Shown here: positions 44,534 through 56,700 of the stretch, piece by piece
Numbering within the stretch: the first letter of the stretch is position 1
Layout of the letters: each line of letters opens with the position of its first letter
Assembly (NCBI GenBank): GCA_950097015.1
Contig: CATNEN010000038.1
Span: 29,078,001 to 29,142,000, forward strand
Direction: 5' to 3'
From: Macrostomum hystrix
Lineage: Eukaryota > Animalia > Platyhelminthes
Length of the DNA stretch: 64,000 nt
Notes under the pieces: generated by a model
What the model saw: the letters and a program-made list of their open reading frames with translations, nothing else
Databases searched by the model: none
What the model was told of the DNA's origin: nothing
Program-made: the position numbers and the translations under genes

Positions 44534-45148
44534 AGATATTGTGTCAAATATTTGTGTCTGGGTGGTGATTGATAGCTGTATCAATGTGAAACTAGCTAGC
44601 GAGTTAGCATTGCGTCACTAATTCCGTATCATTGCTTCGTAAGCAAATGTTTTTCTCCTGAGTCCACCTAATTTTCTAAAGCAGCTGTTTACGTCATCAG
44701 TGAATAAATTTAGCTCAGACGGTAGGCTGGGAGAGCAATTTTGAAAAGTTTCACAGACGGCATCAAGGGCCCATAATCACAAGATCGCAGCCGGCCTGAC
44801 AAAACACTGAGATGAGCATAGGTAGTTAGGGATTCTGCAAGCGATTTGCTCTGGATTACCTCAAAGAGCTATCGAAGAATGGCTCCAGTATGATTGTTTT
44901 TTCCGATAGTAAAACAGAGCCAAAATGAGTTAAAACGCAGGCAAAGACAGCGCGACGTAGGAAAACAATTTTCTAGCCATTTCGATGCACCAAGCTGCGG
45001 CAATTTATTTTTCTTTTTGTGCGCGTTCGTTTGGGTAAACCTAAAGCTGGGAAGCCAGCTGCGTCAGGTTATCGAATTCAGTCTGTATTGATTGGGAAAG
45101 TAACATTTTTCGTTGCATCTTCTCCAACAGCCAGAAGCGGCAGAGATC

Positions 45149-45511
45149 TTAGGCCACCTGGCAGACCCTGGCGAACTTTCCAGTGGACCACTTGCATTCG
45201 CCGAGGCAGCATTCGCCGTCGCTGGAGCAGCGGTCATTCTCGAACAGGCAGGAAACGCAAACGCCGCCCTTGAAAGGGTTGCTGCTGAAGCGGCAGTAGC
45301 CGCTGCAGCAACGGGCCCACGGCATCTTGTAGCATTCCTGGCCAATGCTGCGACAGTCGGCATCCACTGAAGTTGACCAATTCACAAAACGGCATCTTTA
45401 GACTATAGGCAGCTTAGAGTCATAAACGTTTTATTCAATAGTTCGCCTCAACTTACCGCCGGAGAAGCAGACGATCGAAGCGGCGACAATGCACAGCAGA
45501 ATTTTCATCAT
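45149..45511 (-). CDS. Secreted double-knottin (tandem ICK) peptide precursor, 2 exons
   Basis: Exon 1 45457-45511 (MMKILLCIVAASIVCFSG), phase-1 GT-AG intron 45367-45456, exon 2 45149-45366: VDADCRSIGQECYKMPWARCCSGYCRFSSNPFKGGVCVSCLFENDRCSSDGECCLGECKWSTGKFARVCQVA*. Two C-C-CC-C-C frameworks. Confidence 0.88.
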
Positions 45512-47797
45512 TGTTGCGTTTGTTTTGTTGGATTTCTGGGTATTCGAATATTTCTGTGTTGCTTAATGACGCCTGGTTGCTGGTTTCGTTCAGTAAATTG
45601 GTCCTATAGTTGAGGTTCATATACTGCCCTAGGGAGTCGGGCCCCACCCCTCTACCCTCGATGGATCGGGAGGACGAAATGACTCCGGAAGTGGCTCTAC
45701 AAGTTGACAATCGCTTCCGGCCATTTCCATGCCCCAGCTTAACGAAAATTCACGAAAATTTTCATCGCTCGAAGTGACCATTGTTCCGATGATGCTTGCA
45801 TCCCAGTTCATCAGCTCATTTAAGCCTTGTTGATTTAAAAAAATTGGACAATATTTATTTGGTTGAACGAAGTTTTTTTGAAGTGGCATTCAAAGTTCGA
45901 TAAAAACCAACCCGGAATTTAGAGCAGACTTTGTTTTTTTCTGATGGGCAGATCGAATGCTGTTTATCAGTTTTTAGCCTACTCAATTCGATCTGCCCTC
46001 GAGCTTATAAGCTCTTATTGCTCATGTTTGTTTACAGAACTTTCCTCGTAAACTCACAATCGTAGCCATTGATCTAGATAGAAAAAACATATAAAAACAC
46101 TGCGCTCGTACCAGGATCTTACCGGCGCAATGGTCACGAGTAATCGAAAGCAGATTTCAAAGCACAGTTTACTTTGTTAGCCATGTTTAATCTATTTCGA
46201 GAAGAACCAAATGAGCTCTCATTTTTCATTAAAAGTTTTATCTTTAAATTTGCTTTCTTTAGATCAATGCTGCCAATTATGGCCAGGCAGCATGAAACAC
46301 AAAATGTAATTGAAGTAGGCTCACCGTTTCCTAAGTAATCCAGAAAAAAACTTTGAAAATCTAACCTTGATTTGTGGATTTTGTCGCATGATGCCACGCC
46401 TATGCATAAGTTTCAGTTTTCTGATAAATCATATCCCGTAAAAGGCCAGCATGAGACATCGAAACAGAGCTAAAAGGAAACTTATTATTGTGCAAAATCC
46501 TACATGGTTCTGAGTTTTAACTAACGTCTGGAAATTTTTTTTCCGATTACAATAATTTTGAAAACAGTCTGGCCCTTCCGGGATTTATGGATAAAGCTAT
46601 AAATAGTCACGTGGCCTTTGCCTTCTTCTGATAAACAGGCAAATCGTGTGGTTCACGATTTGTGAGACCTAAATCAGAAATTCTTTTCAGAAATTCATAT
46701 TCGATTGAGTTTTGGTGCAAATAGACTAGAAAAAAAAGTCTGTACGTGTTGCACAGAGGGTTATGTCAAAAGCATCAATAATAGTTGCTGGGGTCCAAGA
46801 ATAACGGACGCTTAAAAAAGAAACAAACTTTTTGCTAGTTTTTATTCACGAAGGCGCTGTCTTTCTACGTCTTTTTTAACCGGAAATATATTATCTAGGC
46901 AGTGCCCGAGGTTTATTTCTGAGAAAATAATATAATATGTTTCAGTCAAGGCAAACCAAAACAGTACTACTACTAAGCGGTAACGACAAAAGGTGAGCGA
47001 TAGTTAATTCGTTACGTGTTATTTATAGACTGCTATCAACTTTGCAGCTAAACATTTAGCTAAACTATTTTATAATCGGTCAACCAGATTTTTCATATTT
47101 ATTCAGTTTCTGGCAAAAAATAATTTGTTTCATAAATCAAGGATGACTAAACACAGAATTACACAAAATTCTCACTCGTTCATTTTGCCCTATTTATTTA
47201 TAGGAGAAATACAAAATGAAGAATTCGAATTTTCCTAAGACTTTCCTCATATTCCATAGATTTTCCATAGATGTAATATTCTGTGTATGACTACTAGCTC
47301 GTACTTATTACTTATTACTCGTATAAGGGTAGCATTAAACTCATTATCGCCACAATACAATACTTAAAAATGTACTTTGCCCAGATTTGCGCATTTTTTA
47401 TATTGAATGAAAAAGCATTTGAAAAAGTAAATAAGGATTTAAGAAAATAAACCAATTTACAACATTTAAATATAAATCACGCAGCAGCTACTACTCTAAA
47501 TAAACAAAAGTTGAGGTGTGATTATGAATAAAAAGCATGTAAGCTTTTTTTTAAATTAATGCATGAGTCGGTGGGTATAAAAATCACTGGAATTCACGAA
47601 GATTCAATAAAACCTGCAAAACTGTCGGCTCAAACAGCTTAGGACATGTTGGGAAGCTCCTAAAAACTCTGCTTATGACAGTTCAATGTAGAGAGCAAAT
47701 TTTCGTTTACTTGAATTTATATTTAGAAAATAGAAAAAATTTACATAAAGTTGGCGATAAAAAGTAGAATTTCAATATTTTCCTGCGACATCTGTGC

Positions 47798-50700
47798 TCA
47801 AGACACAGGCGTTGGAACCCTGGTATTGCCAGGCGATATGCCAGTCTGCTGCACCTCGCCTGGCGAGTTCTGGAAGCTTCTGCCAAAGTCTGGCGTGCCC
47901 CGCCAAATGTTGCGATCCCTGTAGACGTTCTTGTTTTCATTCTAAAAAAACAAGGAAATCGTTTCATTGATGCTCGAATATTGCAATAGAGGTTTCAATA
48001 AATAGCAACGATCGCTATAGGACCGTCAGTTCTCACAGGTCTAGCTTTCGGCTGAGCCGGTTGATGGTTCACTCTTGGCGGAGCTTTAGGTGCCGATTTC
48101 GTTACTGGAACGCTGGGGCTGCGGTTAGAAAGATAATTAGCCAGTGCGCCGATGCCCACACCGATTAGAGAAGCGGCGAGCACACTGCTCAAGACGATGA
48201 TGGCGATGCCCCAGGGTGTCTGGTACCATAGCGTCGACGTTGAACTCGTTGAGTCCGTGTAACTGATGACAAAAAGAAAAGCTTGAATTGTAATCTACAC
48301 TTTCCTTGTTCAACGAGCGTTATTAGAAACCAAGCATTCGTTATTAGAAAATCTGTGATTTTCTTGTTTTCATCTGCTAAGGATTAAGGGCGTGGCAGAG
48401 ATGAAGCAGAAGGGCAAAAACTATCATGTCGTTTTTACACTTTAAAATGATTGACCGTGCGTCAACACCGACTGCAGTTAGTTAGTTTAGCTAGTGACGT
48501 CAATCCGGATAGAAAAAATGCTATTATTCTTCTTGTCGCACACTTTTATCTTATTTAATTCAATTTTAGCGCATAAAACCTCTTCATCGATTCGATTGAG
48601 CGACTCACTGGCTAGAACACGAAAATCAGGAGTGCTCTTAGACTTGGATTGGATAGTCTAATTTAGTGCTCAAATTGGACTGCGTGAGCAAGTTCAGACA
48701 CAAGTAGTTCCTATACAGATTTTGACTTAAATACAATAGGACTAAACTCACCCTTCGACTTTGACGACGGGCGTGTTAGTAAAGCTGGATGACTGTAGCA
48801 TCGCTGTAGGTGTTCCTGCCGTATCAAGCCGCCAGAAGGTGAGCAGGTCAGACTGACTGACGAACGACTTTGAGTTAGCTAGGTAGCTGGCACTGTCCGT
48901 GGTATTGTCCTGGACACAGTAGTGACAGGCTACGACCTGCGAACTGCAGTAAATGAGTTTTTTGCCGTGAGGCATGTTGCAAGTTTTCATGTTGAAGCAA
49001 AGTAGCGTATAAACTAATAAAGTTTTTATCGTAGAATACCTTGATGAAGCCGTGTATCTCCAGGTCTTGCACTTGTTAGTGGGGTACTTGAACTGTAGCG
49101 TGGTGGTGAGAGCAGACTCAAGTGTAGACTGATAGGCCAGGAAGTTGGTCTCAGTCAGTGTGTAGGTGATGCAGACGGATACTTCTATCGGATCGAATGT
49201 GTCGATTCGAATAGTAGCAGTAGCCGTGAGCTGGGGCGAGCCGGAGTCTGCTGCAGTTGGGTACTGGATGTACTTCGAATTCTTGCTCGTCGCCTGGCCA
49301 TAAGCAGGTGTGACCGCTCCCGTGAGAGTGTTCACAACGAAGTTAGTGCTGGCGCTGCCCCAGCCATAGTTAATTGTGTTGCCCGTGGCGTCTGCGTCGG
49401 TGGCCTTCAGCATTGCCAGCGTGATGGATGTGCGAGTTTCCCTGTTTGACGGGTTTGTGCTAGGAGTTAATTGTGGAATTACTAGCATGAAAATTCATCA
49501 GTGTGTCGGCTAATGTTTTCCAACTCACTTGTAGTACATCTCAGTGCTGTAAAATGTTGGATTAAACACTGGCGTATTGTCATTGACATCATTGATGAAG
49601 AGGTTTACACTCGCACTGGCTGTGTTAGCCGGCGTACCTCCGTCCACTGCCAGGATGAAGAACTGCAGCACTGAGTAGGTCTCGCGATCGATCGGGGTCC
49701 TCACGGTGAGCTGGCCAGTGCTAGAGCTCACCTGTTTTGCAGTAACACAGTTTAAATTATTATTGATGTCCGAATTATCTACTTGAAGTAGTCTGGTTAC
49801 TAATATTAGTCAGCAATTCGGATAACAGCTAATGAGCTGATCAGCAGTCAGTATACCACAGCACTTTTCAAAAAGCAAAAAAAATTAGTACTGTATATAG
49901 TTATCTGATGTAGTAGAACACTCTCTCACCTGAAAGAATGTGCTAACGAGAGTGCCATTCAATCGGGTAGTATCAATTGAATAGCTGACCACAGCGTTTG
50001 TTCCGATGTCGGCATCTGTGGCAGTAAACGTTGTGACCACAGTTCCAGCAACCGAGTTTTCATTCACTGACACCCCGGACGTGTAGGTAGTGGTGAACAC
50101 CGGAGAATTGTCGTTGGTGTCAGTAATTGCGATAGTCACTGTGGTTGTGCCGGTCAGGGCAGGGGAGCCATTGTCCATGGCGATCACGCGGAGGATGTAG
50201 ACGTCACGAGTTTCACGGTCCAGAGCTGCAACTTTAACTAGAATTTGGCCTGAAAGTAAGATACGAGTACAATTCGGATTAGCACATTTTTAGGCATTTT
50301 GCCAAGGATTAATCAATAATAATAATAATAATACCGGTCAGTGGTTCGATACTGAAGAAGTCTCCACCAGATGTCGGCACAAGAATCGCAGCAATCTGGT
50401 AAGTCAAGGACGCGTTGGCACCCAGGTCCGGGTCAGTAGCGCCGACCACAGCACCAACGGTTGTATTGATGGCGCTGTTTTCTGCCACGCTGCGACTGAT
50501 GGAAGTCGCACCAAAACTCGGTGTATTATCATTTATATCGAGGATGTTAATGCTCACAGTAAAAGTCGTAGTCTGAGCCGAGGTGCCCTGATCTCGCACT
50601 CGCATGGTCAGATTGTAGGCGGCATTGCGCTCTCTATCCAGCATGTTGCTCGCAAACACAAAAATTTGGCCTCGGTTATTCACGGAGAAGTTGTTTGCCG

Positions 50701-53700
50701 GAGTGAACGCGATAATGTCGAACAGCAGGTCAGCATTGGCGCCAATGTCTGCATCGGAAGCTGTGATGGTGTAAAAAATGGTGCCGCCAGTGGCGCCCTC
50801 AGACACGGATGCGATGATTGGCTGGCCAGACACAACGGGTGCGTTATCATTGACGTCGCTGATCGTGATGTTCAGCAAGCAAGAACCCGTCAGGCGTGTT
50901 GGCGAACCGCTGTCCTCCGCGTTGATGTAAAACTGGTAGACGCTCTTAGTTTCGCGATCCAGTATGCCGGCTGTTGATATAACACCGGCAGCGGAAACTG
51001 AAAAAGTTTGACATGTTTGACAAAGTATTTAAAAAAACTGAAAAATGATAAAAAAAGAGAAACGTCTTCAGTTTTTTAGCAATTGGTGTTTCTGTTTTAT
51101 TTGTGAAAGCTTACTAGAGAAGAACCCAGTTGGTGTCGATGCTCCACCATCAGCGCTGGTGAGTGAGTAGAGTGCGATGTTGCCGTTAGCGCCGGCATCC
51201 GCATCTGATGCAGTTATGGTGGTGATGATTGTTGGATTGGTGGCCGCCTCTGACACAGTGATCTCCTTTGGACAGAGGCCGAAGTTTGGCGCATTGTCAT
51301 TAGTATCTGGAAATATTAAAAGAAACAAAGCGATTGGCTCAACACGAATTACTGACAGTGACTGAAATCTACGCAGATATTTTTTTAAGTGAGCCATGTC
51401 ATGCCACAAACTCTAACCGGGTGAGGCCTATGAGTTCTTACCAGTAATGTAAATTGTGAAAAGTCTCTGCGAGCAAAGAGTCGGCGAGCCACTATCGCAA
51501 GCCTGAATAACAACATAGTAGGTGGACATGAACTCCCTGTCCGGCTGTCTCACGACGCGAATAGCTCCGATGGTGTCGACCCCAAAGAGCGCGGACACGC
51601 CATCAGGAGCCGTACTTGTCTGTGACAGTACGGAGTAGGTGATAGTGCCGCCAGAGCCTGTGTCGGGGTCTGAGACTATTGTCGAATAAATGTTTGATGG
51701 AACACTCGCAATACCTTCCGAGACTGAAACTGAAAATAGTTGATGAAGAGAAAGAATTCTTTTTTCATCATCCGAAACACTTTAGGGACTCTTTGTGTCC
51801 TTCAGACAAGCAAAAATTTACCAGTATAGTTGTTACTCCCCGACCAAATTGGCGCATTGTCATTGACATCCGTGACCGACACAGTCAGCGTCCAGGTGGC
51901 TGATTTGGCCGGACTGCCGCCATCCTTAGCTTCAATACCAAGATAGTAGACTTTTGTGCCGTAGTCAAAGTCCAGAGCATTGTTCAGCCGCACATATCCA
52001 GTGCTTGAAGCGATGCTAAAGTCTGAGTTTGTATTGCCAGTTGCGATTGAATAAGTAATCGCTCCGTTTAGCCCGGACTGAAATCAGGAATAAAAACGAA
52101 TTAGAAACGCAAGATAAAAGATAAAAAAATATGATTATTGGGATTATAGGGATAGTACTTACATCAGTATCTGTGGCGTTGATAATGCAGATCAGGCTTC
52201 CTACTGTGGTGTTCTCAGGAGCACTGACAGTACTGCTGCCACTGAATGTCGGTGTGGCAGAGTTGATAGCTACTACCCTAACAATGACCTGCGCGTCACT
52301 GCTCAAAGTTGCGGGAGCGGAAGCACCATCAGTGGCTCGAATAACCAGAGAGTAGCTAGGATTTGTGGCGGCATTTAGGGTTCCAGCCGAAGTGAGCTGC
52401 AGCTGATTTGACACCAGCTGGAACGGCGTGCCAGTTGTCACCAGAGTCAGGGTGACGACGTTGTTTGGACTCGAGCCGTCAGCGTCGCTAACTTGACCTG
52501 AAAATTTCGATGCAATTTTATGTGTGCAAAATACGTATACTTATATTCGTCAAAAGAATCAGGTTGGGACATACTAGTACTCACCCGAGAAAGGCAGGAG
52601 GACACTTCCTGCTGCGGCGTTTTCATCAACTGTGACCGAGTAGGTTGAGAAGGAAAATGTTGGTACATTGTCGTTCACGTCACTCAGGTTAATAGTCAAG
52701 GTGCCCGTTGAGCTTAGACCAGGGCCGTCAGTGGCGCTAACAGTCAGCCTGTAGAACGTTGCGTCTTCATAATCAAGGGATTTCGCTGTTGTCACTGCTC
52801 CAGAAGCCTCATTAAGAGTGAAGAAGCCTTTAGAATTTCCAGACATGATGGCGTATTTAATGGTCGCATGATTTGATCCCTGGTCGCTATCCGTTGCAAT
52901 CAGCTGTAGATTTAAAATTCATTGATAAGTTTTGATCAAAATAACATTCGACAACAAAGAAGTAAAAAAATATAAATACTTTTCGTCACAGATAGTTATT
53001 TGACGAAAAAGCTTACCGAAGCAACAGTTGTTCCAACAGCTACATTCTCGGCTACAGCAGATGGTGTCAAAGTCGCTGCAGTAAAAGCTGGCGTATACTC
53101 ATTAACTGGATTTACAGACACGGTAACTGAGACAGTCAGAATGTTTGGAGTTCCGGGTCCTTGGTCAGAAATTTGAATTTCAAGAACCGCATTTATTGCT
53201 GTCTCATAGTTTAAGGCCGCTGTTGTACGAAGTATATTTGATACGAACTCATATCCGGTAGAACCTGCCGTATTGTTAACCTGTTAAGGTGATTTTGTGT
53301 TTCATTGATGTATTCGTAGATTGTGCTTACAGTTTCTCGATCAGAAAATTCCCATATTTTCTTTTTACTCACCTTCGTAACACTGTACGCGAGTGTAGTT
53401 CCAGCGTCTCTGTCGCTGCAGCTAAAGGTCATAACATTTTTGGGAAACGATGGAGGCGACTGGTCATTTTCATCGACGTAAACAGTTGTTGCACCTGGCG
53501 AGCAAACTGGCGAGAATTCGTTGATATTTCCCACGGGAACTGTGAGTGACATGCTTCCGGTGTTGCCATTTTTGTCTGTCGCCACAAGAACAAGGACGTG
53601 CTGAGTCGCCACTTCGTAGTCGAGTAATGCTGAAAGGGTTATTAAAAGTATTTTTTTTTCTTTTACACAATTAATTTTCATTCTTATTAAAATCATATAA

Positions 53701-56700
53701 AAAGTATAATTACAGGCGATATAAACTTTTCCATTCGTCGAGTCAATCGAAAAATTTCCGTTCGAGGACAAGATGGTAAACACAGGAGTATCCCATTTAT
53801 CAATATGGCTCCATGTGGGCGTGTATACCAGAGTACCAACGGGTGAAGTCTCGGTTATTCCTGTCGCGGACGCAAAAGTTGTACCGAAAATTGGGGCACC
53901 TTCTTCTACGTCTGTGACTGTCACTTGCGCTAGGCAGGTGGCGGTGTTTGGACCAGCACCATTGGCATCAATCGCGTGGATAGTCAGGTTATAGTAGTTG
54001 AATGGCGGAATCAGAGCTTCGTAGTCTAGGCCGGCAGTACCGCTTCGAGAAATGGTGCCCGTTGTGCTACTTACAGCGAAGTAGTTCCCTGTGTTTCCGG
54101 AGGCTGTAAAAATAATCGCTTGTTTTTATTTTTGCAATGAAAAACATTGACTCTTGGCTATCAGTCTCATCCCCATTCTGTCTCACCCCCCTGTGTTATA
54201 TCTTACCCTGTCTGATATATACTCTCCATGTAATCTTTCCCGAGTATCATCCTGTATATCATTTTGACACTACCCCGTCTCATTTCGACCCTTAGTTATC
54301 CTCTCTTCTCCATACATCTTACCGTAAGCGTATCGTTTACTACCGTAAACACTACCATATGAAGCGTCTAAACGATAAGTGACAACTTACCAATGCTATA
54401 AGCAATCCTTCCAAACAATGCCGGACTGTCCGCATCTGTGGCTGTTGGTTGAGTACCCGTGGCTGTAGTTGTTGACGGCGCATTCTCGGCCATTGTGAGA
54501 CTAAAAGGTGAGAATGTGATAGTAAACGTTGGTCAAAAACGCTATAAAAGATTTGCTGTTTTACTGAAAGCACAAAACTTAAAAGCGATCATTTAAAATA
54601 ATTTTTGAACGACACTTACGTCACTTGAGCGTTAGTGCAAATTGGGCTGTTGTCGTTTACGTCGGTCACAGCCACTGTCAATGATCCTGTGCCCTGGAGA
54701 AAAGTATTTTTTGGCGTTTTTAAGGCCGGTGGTTAGGCCTGCGTATTTTGTGAAACTTCTAACGCGTTGTCGTAGCAACTTACCACTAGACCTCCTCCGT
54801 CTGTGGAAGTAACGGTGAGAATGTACTGCTGTGTAGTCTCATAGTCAAGTCCTCGGGATAGCGCAACTTGTGCTGCGTTGCTGATACTAAAAAAGCTGGT
54901 GCCACCATTTGTTGCTGCAAAACAAAGCAATGCCGTACAGAGAGTTCTAGCTGAGAGCTACGAATTAAAATTTAAAAGCTTACCTGACTGTATGGCATAC
55001 GAAACGATCCCCTGACCTCCTGTGTCAGCGTCCACGGCGGCGAAAGTGGTGACAACTGAACCGGGTGTCGTGTTCTCTGGAACGCTAATCGTGGTCGAAC
55101 TAAAGGTAGGCGTGAACTCGTTCACGGGCAAAATTTGAACAATGACTGTCGCGTCGGTTGTTCGACCAAGTGTGCCCTGGTCGGTCGTGCGAACGACAAA
55201 CGTATATGAAGTGACGGACTCGTAGTCGGGTCGAGGTGCTGAAATGTTTAGTAAAGAAAAAAAATAATATACTTGAAGGAGGGCTGCAGGCAATGGCACA
55301 TCATTTGGGCGACACTAAACCCAAAGCCAGTGAGGAGTCAATTTTGCCCCGATTCGCTGACTCCTGACAACACACGTACACGGATAATGTACTATTAACT
55401 ATTAACCTTGCGTATCCCTAATTTAAACTTAGGGACTGAAATTTGCACTGCCGAGACAGGAGCTAAGATCAAACGTATCGTACGAACGTTTCTTTGTTCG
55501 CAGACATACGCTCACACAGGTGTGTACATCTGCCCTGACTTTCTTATCGTCAGGCAGTGTAACACTATCACTGTGCCTTTGGAGATTCGCTCTCAATGGC
55601 GTAAATTGCACAACAAGCCCCAAAGCCTTCTCTCCGCGGCTACGCCTAAAATTAATGTGGCCTCGCAGCGGAATTGATGACTTTATTGCCTGATTAAAAC
55701 ATGTTAGTCGCTCTGCCACTCATCCCCATGATGTTCAGTGATTTCTTATTCATAACGTTTCACGTTACTTACTTCCAACACTAACTACTGCATTCGATCC
55801 ACTGGCAGCTACAGTGAATGGCACTGTGGCTGGCACCAAACTGTAAATCACTCCGGCGCTGTCGGCATCGCGACACAAGATAGTTCCGAGTGCAGTTCCA
55901 GTTGCCGTATTCTCGTTCACACTAAATGAGTAGCTGTAGGTCGAGCAGTAAGGCGCGTTGTCATCAACATCTCCCACATAGATGTTCATAGTTAGCGTGC
56001 TGGATCTGGCCGTGCTGCCGCGGTCCTTGGCCTCAATTAGCAGTGCATAGCTGGTGGCTGTCTCGTAGTCTAACGAACCAGAGAGCAGCACAGAACTGCA
56101 GCCTTGGAGCACAAATGGCGCACCAGCGGGTCCTGCAGATAAATACACATATTTTTACTCATTTTACTCATGGAAATATTTAGTAAATAAAAAAAAATTC
56201 TAACCTGTAATCCGACAGTCGACAATACCGTCGTTGCCAACATCGTTATCGCTGACAGAGAAAGTACCAACAGTTGAGCCGCTAAGCGTGGTTGCCTCGC
56301 TGCATCGGCTGCCAGTAGTACACGAGCTACTCCCCGTAATGGTTGGTGTGAAGTCATTGGATGTGGTTATGCCAACCTCAATGGTGGCAGTGCTGGACTT
56401 AAACGGGCTCGTTCCGTTGTTATCTTTGCAGAGGACCTAAAGAGTATATTGGAGTACAGCTGGATTTGCAAACGGTTTCAAACTATTCCTTAGCAATGAG
56501 GCTAAGTAAACAAATATTTGTCCTAGAAAAATATTGAAACCAACACTTTGAGTATAGTGCCATGCTACCGTGCTACCAAGTGCTATAGGTCTTATAATTG
56601 CATGCTATTTCGAACCTCAATGTAGAATATCAGCGGATGATTGGTAGTTTTGTCTGGCTCAATGGTCTTTGCCAGCTCCAGCACATTTCGATTGGTTGTG

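Noticed and set aside
45019-45370. Ala-rich ORFs overlapping the knottin gene
   Set aside because: Alternate-frame or antisense shadows; only the Cys-framework frame splices to a signal peptide.
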